A stretch of DNA of 64,000 nucleotides from Macrostomum lignano (lineage: Eukaryota): the NCBI GenBank assembly GCA_002269645.1, contig NIVC01000440.1:434001-498000 (forward strand). Reading direction: 5' to 3'. The translations under genes were made by a program, and so were the position numbers. Shown piece after piece: positions 37,462 through 51,167 of the stretch; position 1 is the stretch's first letter, and each line of letters opens with the position of its first letter. The notes beneath the pieces were generated by a model. The model ran no database searches. It had not been told where the DNA came from and saw only the letters and a program-made list of their open reading frames with translations.

Positions 37462-38116
37462 TATAATACCATAGTCCATTTTGTTAATTACAATGTTATG
37501 CCAGAAATATTTGGTATAAGTCAAGAAAAAATAGCCTTGGCATAAAAACAACTAGCTTTTTTAATGTGGCATATAATACAATGACTTGGTATAACTTACT
37601 TAGTAGTTAAATTAAATGGAGATTTTAAATATCTAACTAATATTTTATTATTTGTAAAAAACTAAAACAAAGTTTTAAATCTAAAAGTTGCTCTATCATG
37701 CAATAACTTTTATGAATTTTTTTTATTTTTATAAAGTTTTAGCTAAAAATATACCAATGAAAACAATCAAATTTTTGAATTGAAAAATGTTTGTACAAAC
37801 TACCTCACCCAACCTCTCCTAGCCTAGTCATTATGTCTGGTATGCATTGCCTAAGCTTAGCATAAGTCTAGTATAAATAATGAAATTTTATCAGTATTTT
37901 TCTAATGTAACTCTAAGCATGAAACAGACTAGTTAGAAAGCTTCCTTGCCATACATAGTCACGTGCTTAACCACTAACAACAGAAAGCTGGGCTTCTGAT
38001 GCAATGCTTGTTTTTATTATGGCATATACATAGCATAGTGGCATACCCTATTGCAGCGCATGGCTTAAGTACGCCAGACGCCTACACAACCTGCGCCACG
38101 CTGTGAAATGACTTAC

Positions 38117-38330
38117 CTGTGAAAGAAACCCTAAAGCAAAATTAACGCAGTTTTGGGTAAACGGCAGGAGTAACTATGACTGTCTTATCAAGCCTAAATG
38201 CCTCGGCATCTAATTAGTACCGCGCCACGCTGTACTAATCGCCGCGCGCCATACGCGCCGCGCCGCGCCGTATTAGATCCGCGCCGGACGCCGTCCGTCA
38301 AAATGCCCATGCGCTGCAATCAGGGACTGG
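38117..38330 (-). promoter_or_regulatory. Probable SPT5 non-coding first exon and CpG-rich promoter
   Basis: Minus-strand donor CAG|GTAAGT at 38117/38116; acceptor at 33584/33583, 28 nt before the ATG; CpG-dense patch in CpG-poor surroundings. The TSS is not defined. Confidence 0.55.
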
Positions 38331-38678
38331 CATATGTGCATAGGAGCATAGGATGTGTACCTCCCTATAAAGTTGGATTTCTTAGGCCTAGGCCTATTTT
38401 TATATAGAAAATACACATTATTAAGTATAGGAATACAACATTTACTTACATTGCATTTGCATTGCTTGAGGAATTTTGCTTGCCAAAGTTTGATCACCGA
38501 GTTTTGCTTGGTAAACTTTGCTTGCCAAACTTTGCTTGCTAAGGTTTGTAAGCCAAAGTTTTCTGGTAAAATATCTAGTGATATATATAATTTGGAACAA
38601 TATATAGAGCCCTATATCAAATGATTTAAGCAACAAAGTGTACAAAATAGATTTTTTGTAATGAATATACTACCAATC

Positions 38679-38863
38679 TAGTGGCATAGCCAAGGCAGGC
38701 TAGAGGGACCTAGGCCCCTTTGAAATTTACCCCCCCCCCCAAAATTCTGGACAAAAAATTGCCTCTCCCTTGAATTCCAATGAAAAAAACCCTGCTTTCT
38801 TATATTTTCTCCTCTGGGTACTAAATGGGTCCCCCCAACAAAAATTTCTAGCTATGCCAATCA
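38679..38863. mobile_element. Possible decayed MITE
   Basis: Ends TAGTGGCATAGCC and GCTATGCCAATC are imperfectly complementary; no TSD found. Confidence 0.3.
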
Positions 38864-40033
38864 GTGAATTGCTAGGCCCTATATATAATCACTTATTAGG
38901 ATACCTTAATATCCTAATACCCTAATTATCAGTTTGATGCTAGTAAGAATCCATTTGCAAAGCATCTATAATAAGTAGGGGCAATCTTCTCAAATTGTTT
39001 GTTTAATTATTTCCGGAATTATTTTGCCCTCTATTCAAGGGTGATGGGGAGATGGGGGTTGGAATTAAACAAATGATTTGAGAAGATAGCCATAAGTAGG
39101 CCTAATAATTGACTGACCAACTTCCCTGCAAGCCCTGCAAGCAAACTTTGGCAAGCAAACTTCTTGTAAGCAAATTTCATAGACCTAGGCCTATTAAGTA
39201 CATATAGGCCATAGTCAGGAAGAAGGCATATACACCAGAAATTTTTAAGGTACATTCTCAAGAAATTTGGCATATAGCCATAGGGCCTATGTTAGGCCTA
39301 GCATGCCATAGGCCCTACAAAAAGTGATTTTGGTCGTTTGGTATCAGGCCTAGGGCCTATACATTAATATTTTGGTGTGACATGCACCAAAAATTAAATA
39401 AATACCTTATCAATAATAGTCACAATAGTTGTTCGTATAAGAATAATTACAAAATTCCATTAACTATTTAATGCAAAACAGATTTCTGTTTTCCATAAGG
39501 TAGGCCTAGGCTTAAGATACCTAGGGGTTGGTCCCTAAGGATCTCGGGTTAGGCCTACTTTGGCTTTGCTTCAAGTTCCAGGTAAGGTCAGATCCCTCGG
39601 AGTCGGATGGCTTACAGATACAAGCAATAGGCCTACCATGTCCCATGGCATGATACGTAGGGGCCTATGATACGACACAGGCAATTGCGCGCGACTTAGC
39701 ACCCTGAGGCCTGAGTGTTAACCGAGTTTATCATTTTAAAAAATACGTTACATTAAACTAAATTTGTTTGCTGTGTGTACCTAAAATAAATTTTTAAAAA
39801 TGTTTGCGTTGTATCTTTTTTGTAACCTACTGTTTGACATTTTTTTTAATAATGAGATTTTTCACTAGCTTTTGTTGAAAGTCTCAACTTATCATTAGCA
39901 CACTAATACGGATGATAGGCCTAGCTAGTCGTCCTTGAGAATCATTCACTTTTTCAAAGAGTATCCTGCTAAAGCCTAATAATTAATTTAAGTTTCAATG
40001 TCTCTACTGAAGTATCTTTCAGCATACAAAGTT

Positions 40034-40317
40034 CAAGGACGACTTAGGTAGAAGGACGGGAAACCTTGTTTCTTGAAAGAATAAAAAATTAACATAGAAT
40101 CCCAATTTTCTCGACGAAAAGCTTTATATCGATAGAGCAATAAGAAAGGCACAACATATCAAAAGATGAACACTGGATCTGCCTCCTATCAAAAGCAATA
40201 CCAATTTTCGTGCTGGAAAAATGAAAATTTATTATCTCCGTAGTGTATTTTTGGAAAAGCCTGCCTTCAAAAACTTTTCAAGAAACGAGGTTTCCAGTCC
40301 TACTTAAGGCGTCCTTG
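40034..40317. mobile_element. MITE-like element with ~42-bp imperfect TIRs (CAAGGAC...GTCCTTG)
   Basis: Left and right ends align as reverse complements; an internal segment resembles 52797-52870. Confidence 0.55.
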
Positions 40318-41476
40318 TACAAAGTACATTGTACATTAATTTTTATACACTGCATACTAACAAACATTCATTTTGTTCGGTTGCATATACACTGTTATAC
40401 ATGTACATTCACTTCCTGCATTCCTACTTCACCACTTCTTCACCTTCTTCGCCATCACTTTTCCACTCCCAATAGTTATTACATCCCATTATTAAATATA
40501 AATACAGATTCGCGTAAAAACTTTTTTATTTAAAATATTTTAATAATAAAGTTTTGAGTCATTTTTAGGAGTCAAATAAAATTGAAGTGACATATTTATC
40601 GCTATTATATTTATCGAGGGCCGCAACGATAAAAACTTATTCACATAAAAAAAGAGTCAGCCGACAATCGTTTATCTTTGACCCGAAAAATCAAAGTTTA
40701 CAAAGGATTTTTTCATGCATAAAACATATGAAAACTTGCGAGACACAAAATTACAGAAATAACGGACATGCAAGGGTGGTACGAATACAATACAATAAGA
40801 TATAGAATTCAAATAGCTAAAAAAATCTTCAGAAAAAAAACATAATTTTGATAATTTTGAAATAAAACTTATGCAGGATTTATAATAAGACAAAAATAGG
40901 CAGCATGCATGGCCAGTGCTTGTACAGATTTTAATTAATATATACGGTTTCAAAGTACATTAGTGCAATTGTAATTTGTCATTATCATGCCATCTTACTA
41001 CTGTCAGTTTGTACATATATCATTTCTATGCAATTAGTTATTACGATATGAGAAACAAATTTTGTTTTAATATAATTAAAACATTTAAATCTTCTAAAAT
41101 CGGTGATAACAAAGTACAACAAAATGAGTAATATATATACGAGTTCTTACCGTAGGGCGTTAATTGTAGCAATGAACAATTACAAAATCGGCTTGGAGTT
41201 ACAGATACAAATAAAGGAGTTGGGTGCGTGTTTGCTTCTTCTGACTTCGGCTTCAGTTTCTTAGCAACTCAGGTGAGCAAAAGCACAAGACAAAAGCAGA
41301 AGAGAATTAATAACAAAACAATAAAAACACTGACGGAAAAGTGAAGCGTAACATAATTTTTCTTTCAAAAATGTTTATTAATCTCAATTAATAGGTCGAA
41401 TCCGGTCGAGGAGCATTGAGAAGCGGTGGAGTTGGGAAAATTGGGAGGATGGACCCAGACGGGAGGTCAGGCGAGG

Positions 41477-44400
41477 TCACTGCTGACTGGCGGAGGCGGC
41501 TGCGGCTGAAGCGTTGCTGCGCTGTTTGAGCAGAGTCCAGTCGAAGGTGTAGTCAAACTGATGGTTGAGCGTGCGGAACAGGATGCGGAACAGCTGCCTC
41601 AGGTACATGTAGTCCGGCGCCTCCTCGAACCGCAGGCCGCGGCAGTAGTTCAAGTACATGGTGAACTCGGCAGGGAAGCCTTTGCACAGGCCTTCAACTG
41701 GGGTGGACATTTTCTTTTCGCTGATCTTCTGGTACTTCTGCTTCTTGTTAGCAGCCTGCAACAGTTTGAATGTACAGAAGAGGGGGTTCGTTGGTCAACC
41801 TGGGGTGTTTGAGTCAACCTTGAGTGTTTGGGTCAACCTTGAGTGTTTGGGTCAACCTTGAGTGTTTGAGTCAACCTTGAGTGTTTGGGTCAACCTTGAG
41901 TGTTTGGGTCAACCTTGAGTGTTTGAGTCAACCTTGAGTGTTTGGGTCAACCTGGGGTGTTTGGGTCAACCTGGGGTGTTTGAGTCAACCTTGAGTGTTT
42001 GGGTCAACCTGGGGTGTTTGAGTCAACCTTGAGTGTTTGGGTCAACCTGGGGTGTTTGAGTCAACCTTGAGTGTTTGGGTCAACCTGGGGTGTTTAAGTC
42101 AACCTGAGTGTTTGGGTCAACCTGGGGTGTTTGGGTCAACCTGTGGTGTTTGGGTCAACCTGGGGTGTTTGGGTCAATTTTAGGTATTTGAGTTCACCTC
42201 GGGTAGTTGGGTCAACCTGGGGTATTTGGGTTAACATAGGATGCTGGTGTCAACCTGGGATGCTGGGGTCAATCTGGGATGCTGGGGTCAATCTGGGATG
42301 CTGGTGTCAACCTGGGATGCTGGTGTCAACCTGGGATGCTGGGGTCAACCTGGGATGCTGGTGTCAACCTGGGATGCTGGGGTCAACCTGGGATGCTGGT
42401 GTCAACCTGGGATGCTGGTGTCAACCTGGAATATTAACAATACAAAAAAATTCTGACCTGCAAACCCTGCCAGGGCAGTGAGCCGCGATTAAAGTACATG
42501 AGCACGTAGCCCAAGGCCTCCATATCGTCTCGGCGCGATTGCTCAATGCCTAAATGAGCATTGATAGAGGCGTACCTGGCCGTGCCAGTCAAGTTCTTGT
42601 CCTCGCTGCGGAATTTGAGTTAACTTTGAGCTGATTTTCTGACTGGACGCTAATTTTTCTACTGTAAGTAGCATAACCGACATTTTGAACATAAAAATGA
42701 TGATTAAAAATAAGGAAACGCACCGGTAGGGGATGTGCTTGCCGGAGCGACTGTCCCGGTACTTCTTGGCTAAGCCAAAGTCGATGATGAACACCTGCGG
42801 GATATTAAAATGCTTGAGAGTTAGTTAAAGTTTTTACCATCGCTGAGGCAATTCAGCGTCAGCGTTAATTTTACAGCGTCAATACTGTACTGTACAGCGG
42901 CCCTGACTTTGGTGGCGAGTCTAACAGTCTAGAGCTTACAACATAACTACCTGCATTTAGCTCACCTTGTTGCAGTGCCGCCCAATGCCCATGAGGAAGT
43001 TGTCCGGCTTGATGTCGCGATGGATAAAGTTCTTATTGTGCACGTATTCGATTCTGTTGATCATCTGATCGGCCAGCATCAGCACAGTCTTCATCGTGAA
43101 TCGCCGTGAGCAGAAGCTGAACAGATCCTCAAGGCTGGGCCCGAGCAGGTCCATCACCAGCACATTGTAGTCTTTTTCTACGCCGAACCAGCTAAGTTTA
43201 AGTGGGTTACATGGAATTACCCGTTAGTAACTATCAAGGTTCTTTAAATCTATCCCATTCTGAAGCGCTTGCCAATGAGTGAAAAGCACTCACCGAACAT
43301 GAGGTATGCCGATGCCACCTTGAAGCAGTTTGTACAGCTTGCTTTCATAGAGCAACTGCGGATGGCGGGCCTTCTGACTTTCCAGCTTAACTGCGATTTC
43401 CTAAAAGCATTTTTAAATAGGCTTGGTGTAATTGAATGGTATATCACTTTAACTGGGGGTTGAAGGCTTGAATGTCTGTTTTTGTTTGTTTGAGGTTGAA
43501 ATTTGTTTTACACATTCAAGCATTATCTTACCAATTGCACATTTGCACTTTTTAATGTAATTTCACAGTGGATTTTATGTTATAAAGTTTTGTTATACAA
43601 TTACATTTTTAGCTCACTTGCAAAATATGTAGCATTTTTCTAAAAATTTTCCATCTTAATCCTACTAGACAGTAATTATATGCTGGAATGAAAATTCTAG
43701 TTTTTTTATTCTTTGCCTCTATAAATCAAAAAATTTGCCAAGAATAAGGTGCTTTCATGCTAATTTTCTTATAATATCAATATATTCTTTGAAGTGAGAG
43801 TTTTATTAAACTTTAAAGTGTTTGTTTTTTATAGAAGTTTATAATCCTCCTTTTAATTTTACTCTCTATAAGTTGCTAACAATTTTTACATGCTTGGGCA
43901 TAACCAAGGATTCACCCAGCCATTTCTATTGACAACACACACATGTAAGTTGCTATTGGATGGAATAGTAGTCACGTGACTGCTCTCAGCCAATAGCGAC
44001 TTACATGTGTGTGTTGCCAAAAGAAATGGCCAAGTGATTCCCAAGGTTGCGCATGTATGAATTTTTATTTTAAAAAGTTTTCTTTAATCACAATTAGGCT
44101 ATACCATATATGCCAAACCTGAACTTGGCCATTTTTGCTATATTAAGATCCTTAGTAAGAGGCAAAATTTTAGCATAAAAGCTGCCTTATATTATAGACT
44201 ATGGGCATATAGTATTAGACTACCTAGGTTTAGGACCTTGTTGCTAGAGGCCAAACAAGTACTCAACTGAGTATTCTACATGTTGAGTAATTGACTCTTT
44301 TTTCAACTACTTGACTGTCAAGAAATTTTACTCAGGTCAAGTTGAAAAGTTGAGTATTTTTATGGGTGTTTATATAGATAATATATATAGGGTAAAAATG

Positions 44401-47400
44401 CCCTTCAATATATGAAATATCAATATGGCAATGAAATTTCAACAAGGCATTTTCCTTTTTTTAACAATTGTATCAGTTGTATTGTTGTGCACATCTTGGT
44501 ATTATTATACAAAAAATAACTAAATGGAACACTAACTGGAAATATTATCACTATTTTTTTATTCCATCTAAGGATTTCTTCAGATCCTTATACAAGAATT
44601 TGGCTAGCTAACCAGCTGCAACTACAGCTAGACACTCCTAGAAATATGGATGTCATATTTGGCAATTACAACTTAGCTAGACAACTTAGTGCTGCAGCCT
44701 TTGTTTCATAGAACTCTCATGGAATGACACATATAAGCAAAAATTTATTAGTATATTTTTATTACTTTAATACAAGGGGTGATCAAAAAGTTCTGCAACC
44801 TTTTGTTATAGCTTTTAGTAATAGAATCGACAAAAGCCAAAAACTTACACATATGCGGCTATATCTGTTTGCTATATTTATATACATTTTTGGCTTCCAA
44901 ATGTGCTCCAGTCAAATTTCACAGCCATATATTTTCCATGTGTTTTCAGTAGCTGATGGAAACATCAAAAGACAGTGTTCGCTTCTATATCTTTATGTGC
45001 ATGCAACTTGGTTGCAAAGTGACTGAGATTCATACCGATCGGGTGAATGTTTTAGCTGACTCTGCTCCATCATTTGACACAGTTGCCCGCTGGCTGCGCC
45101 ATTTCTTGGAAGGCTGGGACAGCTTCAACGATGAACCGAGGTCTGGCCGACCCCGGACATCCATGACCGAAGATGTCGTGGCCCATGCCGATGCAATAAT
45201 TCGTGAGGATTGGAGCATTACGCTAAGATTCCTTGCCTATGAGCTTGGTGTCAGCTATGGAAGTGCTCATAACATCATGCATGAGCGACTGGGCTGCACA
45301 AAGACCTGCGCTCGGTGGGTACCCCATCTTCTCACTCCGGAGCAGCAAGCAGAGAGGGTGCGCATCTGTCTCTTGTGGGTGCAAATTTTTGAGCCCCATG
45401 GCCCACGACGACTGTCGGATGTCATCACAGGAGGCGAATGTTGGATCTCATTCTTTTACCAAGAAGGATAAGCAGTCCAACATGGTCTGGCTGGCAGAAG
45501 ATGAGCCTGAGGCCCAAGGTGCTGAAGACCGGATTCCGCAGTTGGAAGCGGATATTCACCATTTTTTCAACTCTCAGGGTGTTGTATCAGTAAACATACT
45601 TCCAGTGGGTGCCACAGTAACTGCCAGGTACTACATAGACACATGCTCTGCCAGGCGTGCTGCAGGAGCGGCAGGAACGTGCGCGAACCAGGCATGGACC
45701 TTGACTACTGCTGCACCATGACAATGCGGCACCACACAGAGCGGCCTCAACCATGGCGTACCTGGAGCAGCAGGAGGTCCGGCTGCTGCCCCATCCACCC
45801 TACTCTCCAGACCTAGCACCCTGTGACTTTTGGCTGTTCCCGAGGATCGAATCCATCATTTCTGGGAGGCCGTTTTCACACATACAAGACCTTGCCCAAG
45901 TGGTACATTCAGCTCTACAGGGTATACCAACTTCTGAGTACCATGACTGCTTTCAGACATGGTGCACACGCATGCGACGGTGCATGGATAGTGGTGGAAA
46001 GTACTTTGAGGGAATGTGACACTGATTAGACGCCGTGGTTGCTGTAACACTGAGTTGTGAGGTCACTTGCAGAACTTTTTGATCAGCCCTTGTATTATTC
46101 ATTTATTTTGATTATTATTTATTATTTAATTTCAAATAAACTAATAAAAACATTTAAAAATAATATAAATTATTTATGATACAATATATTCATATATATC
46201 TTTATATAAAATGACATTATGACAGTATGACTATTAAAAATGCTGCATAAAAATGTGCAGATTACTTGCTTAACATTTCTTGACTACTCAACATAATATT
46301 TCAGCATATTTTTGGAGTGTGCGCTGTGCGCGAAGCTAAAATATGAATTTGTGCACCGAGGTGTACATTCATTTATTGACAAATACATAGCTAACTAATG
46401 CGCTGTAGCACTAAAAACTCAGTAAAAATCCAATTAAAACAAAACTAAAAAACGGATAAATTTCACTGGGTAACAGTTAAAAAATCGTCAGAGTTTTCTC
46501 AGCTGATTCAGACTAATTTTGGTGCTCTGAGTCTGAATATCACATTGATTTTGCCCTATCAGGTCAACTTTTTGAGATACAGCCATACGTCTACCTGACG
46601 GGCTATGCATATATGCTAATACTATAGGGGTCTTAAGTTCCACTTTTGTATCTATGATATATAGGCCCTACATTATTTTAGTATTATATTTATATGTTAT
46701 TTAAATAAATATATCATTTATATATTATATTATATTATATATGTTCATCAATATATAGCATCCTGCCATTACTTTCAGCTTATTGATATGGCTTCGGCTC
46801 GACGGTCATGCAGGAATAATCCTGACGTTTTCTGCTACATCTGCAGAGAATACACGCTATCAGTAGACAGGAAGAACATCACAGGATTTGTGAAGCGTGC
46901 CTACTAGGCTTATTTTAAAGTCAAGTTGGGTGACCAAGATAAGTCCTGGGCACCCCACATAGTGTGCAAGACGTGCGTGGAATACCTCCGGCGGTGGACA
47001 AAGGGCCCAAAAACTTCACTGAAGTTTGGAATTCTGATGGTTTGGAGGGAGCCATTTGACCATGCATCGGATTGTTACTTCTGCGCCATCAACACTACTA
47101 GTATCAACAGGAAGAATTGGCATAGCCTCCAGTACCCCGACCTTCCATCTGCCCGCCGTCCAGTTGCTCACTGCGAATAAATTCCAATACCAGCATTCAC
47201 AGAGCTTCCTGATTGTGATGCTGAGACCCTGAGCACTACAGATGAGGATGGAGATGCAGAAGACAAATATGAAGCACAAGATGGTCCACAGCCTTTTTCA
47301 CAATGTGAGCTTAATGATCTGGTTTGGGATCTCAGCTTGTCAAAGACTTCTTCCGAGCTGTTGGCCTCGAGACTCAAAGAGAAAAATCTTCTTGGCAAGG

Positions 47401-50400
47401 ACGCGCATATTACCTTTTTTCGCAGAAGACATGAGGAATACATGGTCTACTTCTGCCAGGAGGAAGACCTCGTGTATTGCCAAGATGTCTCCAGTCTTGT
47501 TGTCAAACTTGGCGCTCCTCAATACAATCCGAGAGATTGGCGACTCTTCATTGACAGTTGTAAATGCTCTTTAAAGTGTGTGCTCCTCCACAATGGGAAC
47601 CAGTTTGCCTCAATCTCTCTTGCGCATTCGACAACTCTCAAAGAGAAATATGAAGCAGTGAAGTACGTGCTCGACAAAATCCAATATGAGCAGCACCAAT
47701 GGATCATCTGCGTCGACTTCAAGATGGTGAACTTTTTACTTGGTCAGCAATCTGGGTTCAGCTCTGGACAAAGATGGGAGGTGCTTTAACTACCTGTGCC
47801 AAGCTTTTCCTCGACTGACCATTGAGAAGCTGAAGGCTGGCATCTTTGATGGCCCACAGATCCGGCAGCTCATCAAAGACCCAGAGTTTCAAAACTCCAT
47901 GAACACGCTAGAGTGCGCTGCCTGGAAATCGTTTGTGCAGGTGGTGAACAACTTTCTAGGGAACACGAAGGCACCAAACCACGCCAGACTCATCAGCAAC
48001 ATGATAGAGGCCTTCAGAAAACTTGGGTGTTTGATGAGCATAAAGATGCACTTCCTGTTCTCACACATGGAGAAGTTTCCTGAAAACCTTGGGGCAATGA
48101 GCGACGAGCAGGGAGAAAGGTTCTATCAGGACATGCGCCAAATGGAGGAGAGGTACCAAGGGAGGTGGGACGCAGTCATGCTGGCGGACTACTGCTGGTC
48201 ACTGAAGAGAGACAACCCAGCAGCTACTCACACACGGGAATCAAAGAAATGCCAATTTATGCCGTGAACTTTGAACTTTTGTCATGTACAAGTAACACTT
48301 TTCTTATACAAGCTTACTAATTAATACTATGATAACACCTTGATCATATCTAATACATTCTGATCAATTTAATAGAGTAAATAAAACTGAATGAGTGTAA
48401 CTACATAGACTTCTATTTCTTTGGGAAAATGGAAAAACTAGGGGTTTCTTATAATATATAAAAATTTGTTTTTTGGAAAATATAATTTTAAAAAATTTCT
48501 GTTGTGAAAAATCCTGACCTGACTAAGCAAAACCAAGGTCATTTTCAGACTCAGAGCATCAAAATTAGTCTAATTCAGCTGGCTCATTCCATATAAGATG
48601 GACATTTTTGGAAAATAGAAAAAAGTCAATGTTTTTGCTTGCCATTGCCTAATTAGCCTATTTTTTACCAAATGTTTATATTGTGCAATATATACAATCT
48701 AAGAATAAAGGAATGGTAAAATGTTGGATTAGTATGTTATCAATTGGCAAAAAGTCATTTTTGTAAAAATTTGGACATTTTTTGAAGCAAAAGACATCAT
48801 TAAGATTTTGTACCTTTTAAAAACAAATAGAAAGCTTTTGAAGGTTGAAACAAACTATAGATAAAAGTATAGTACTTGCATCATCAGATAAAAGCATTGG
48901 TGACCAAATAATCTATTATATTTTTAATGTATTAGTACCTCAAAGTTACTGAATTGACAGAAAAAAATATGTTACGACCATAATGTTACGACCATAAGGC
49001 TGCCTTTTCTTTTGTATCTTTGTTGCCTTTTGAGTTTATATATTCTAATAAAAGAGTATGATTTCTAAAGATGTTCTTAGTCAAATTTTAAAAATGTATT
49101 GCAAAATATCAAAAATGAAAAATGTTATAAGACTTTTACCTTTTAGTTTCTATATGTCAAAAATCCTGTCGTTACGACCATAAGTGTCATTTAAGGTTTA
49201 ATAGCATCTATACTAATGATGATATCTATATGAAACTCTATAAATATATTCTAGACAAAATAATCTTTCATTTAAAATATTGGTTTAGTATATTCTATTA
49301 TTAGATTTCATTTTATAAGTAAAAATAACCTGTCATGTTACGACCATGCTTATATGAAATGAGCCAGCTGGAAAACCCTGGACGATTTTTCAAAAAAGAT
49401 TTATTTGTTACCCAGTGTTTTTGTACCTTATATAGGCTTTTTTTAACTCAAAACTTTTGCTTTTTTTAGCTCACGTAGAAAATTCTCAAAAGAAATAGCT
49501 TTAACTTTACGTTAAAATCCCATTTTGAATTTTATTATTCATTTCACTTACCAAGAAACAACAATTTTTTATTGATATGCTTGGAAAAAACGTAATCTTA
49601 AAGCTTATTTTATGCACTGCATATGCAGATTATACATTTAGGTGACTCATTGTGAGCTAAATTTTTCTGATTAGGTTTTGCTGTGTACCACTGTGCGCTA
49701 AAAACTTCTGCTAAGCCTTTGTTGTTCACCATGTGCGCCACTTTGCACATATTTTTTGTTGATGTCTGCCGGAATTTTCCGCCATAATGTACACCTTCCT
49801 GAGTGTAGCATTTTTGCTAAAAATTCCTTTGCCAAAATGGGTTGCACCTAGAGCTACAATAGTAATTTAAAAAAAGTTAAAAGCTATCTCTCTTTGTATA
49901 AGCCAATTTAGAGCTATACCTATAGGTTGTAGCTACCTTGGTGTGGCCACCTTATATATGCGCCTTTGAGAATATAGAGTATAGGCTTCCAACTTCCAGT
50001 TGTTTCTAAATTAAAAAAAATAATAGGAAGGCTAAGACTAAGCCTACTGCCTACAAAACTAGAAAGCCTAATAAAGCTATTAATTTATTTTTATTAAAAT
50101 GAAAAAATACAAAAAACAAAAGCCAATGAGGAATTTTTCATATATGTATATATGTATATACTAGCATGTATTCAAATATTTAGGCCTAGCTAGGAGCCAA
50201 AACCAGGATGGAATTCTTGCACAAAAGTTGTTACGCGTTTGTGCGCGCTTGTCAAATTTGTGCCCGCTTGCGCACTGAAAAGAAGCCTACTTGCGCGCTC
50301 TTAAAGGTGTATGCTTACTCCATCATATGCGCTTGCAAAGAAGCTGTTTGCCGCAGAATCACAAATAGGATTTGACTTTTATATGCATTCAACATGGTTA

Positions 50401-51167
50401 TATGCCATGTAGTGTATGCGCGCTCAAGTTCTCCTACTTTTTATAGGCCTAGTCTAGAAGGTTGTTTTTATGCCAGAAAATTTTAAACAAAAGTAAAACA
50501 AAGAAGAATAGTTTTTAGCAAAAATAGTTACTTTAAAGTTTAGTGAAACTCTTATAATTTTTAAAGAATATTTTCTGTAAAAATTATAGTGATCAAGCTA
50601 CTTTACACTTAAAGTACAACTTTCTAGTTTACGTTGGCATAAGAATTGAAAAACTAGAAATTTCATTTTTAGTGCATGGGCCTGCCATGATCTGCTTTTG
50701 CTTTATGAATTTTTTACAGCTGGTGTGCACACTTGCGTGCTGCTCCAAAAACATGCGTGTGCGTTTTCCTACCCCCAACGGCCCAAGCAAGAATTCCATC
50801 CTGGAGCCAAAATAAGAATAAGATGTTATTCTTCTTTAAACTTCTAGCATGCACTATAGTTAAATTTGGGCTGTTAAAAGCCCATTACTTAATATGATCT
50901 TAAGTTTGGAAGCAATAGAGGTTAGGCTAATAATAATGTACAAACTTCAAAACTAAGCTGAAAACTAATAAAAAACATTAAAGTTAAATTTTATCACAAC
51001 ATTGTCAACAATATTTAAACAGTAAATTCAAATAAAAACATCCATACCTCTCCATTTGTTTGGTTTACACCGAGGTAGATTTCTCCAAATGAACCACTTC
51101 CAATTTTCTTAATAAGACGATATTTTTGATTAACAATAAATTCCTTGCTGTTTGCACTACTTGCCAT
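41477..51167 (-). CDS. CSNK1A1: Casein kinase I isoform alpha, 316 aa, 6 coding exons
   Basis: Exons 51167-51048 ([31 protein letters not shown], absent from the ORF track), 43400-43294, 43191-42966, 42794-42724, 42605-42458, 41755-41477 (951 nt; phases consistent). Motifs [79 protein letters not shown]. Confidence 0.96.
41795..42430. repeat. Two related 19-bp arrays sharing GTCAACCT in the last CK1 intron
   Basis: GTCAACCTTGAGTGTTTGG (41795-42180) and GTCAACCTGGGATGCTGGK (42240-42430). Confidence 0.93.
43919..44030. other. Imperfect palindrome: 41-bp arms around AGTCACGTGACT
   Basis: Arms 43919-43959 and 43990-44030 with 3 mismatches. Confidence 0.9.
44773..46092 (+). mobile_element. Decayed mariner, full length 1320 bp, in CK1 intron 1
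   Basis: 26-bp TIRs CAAGG(G/C)TGATCAAAAAGTTCTGCAA-type with 1 mismatch; TA at 44771-72 and 46093-94; motifs [23 protein letters not shown]; several frameshifts. Confidence 0.93.
46464..49417 (+). mobile_element. Chapaev/Chapaev3-type (CMC superfamily) DNA transposon, defective; transposase remnant 46788-48267
   Basis: 12-bp perfect TIR CACTGGGTAACA, TTT on both flanks, longer subterminal inverted similarity. Cys-rich N-terminus [35 protein letters not shown]; later [10 protein letters not shown] and [11 protein letters not shown]. In-frame stops and an internal deletion. Confidence 0.82.
48581..49365. mobile_element. 785-bp non-autonomous TIR element nested in the right end of the Chapaev element
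   Basis: Ends GGCTCATTCCATATAAG and CTTATATGAAATGAGCC; AGCT repeated on both flanks; removal restores the host's subterminal repeat. Confidence 0.8.
50203..50804. mobile_element. hAT-type MITE, 602 bp
   Basis: Perfect 18-bp TIR CCAGGATGGAATTCTTGC; 8-bp TSD AGCCAAAA at 50195-50202 and 50805-50812. Confidence 0.88.

Noticed and set aside
42795-42965. Vertebrate-style CK1 alpha L-insert exon at the HCNK junction
   Set aside because: The 171-nt intron shows no open cassette with usable splice sites.
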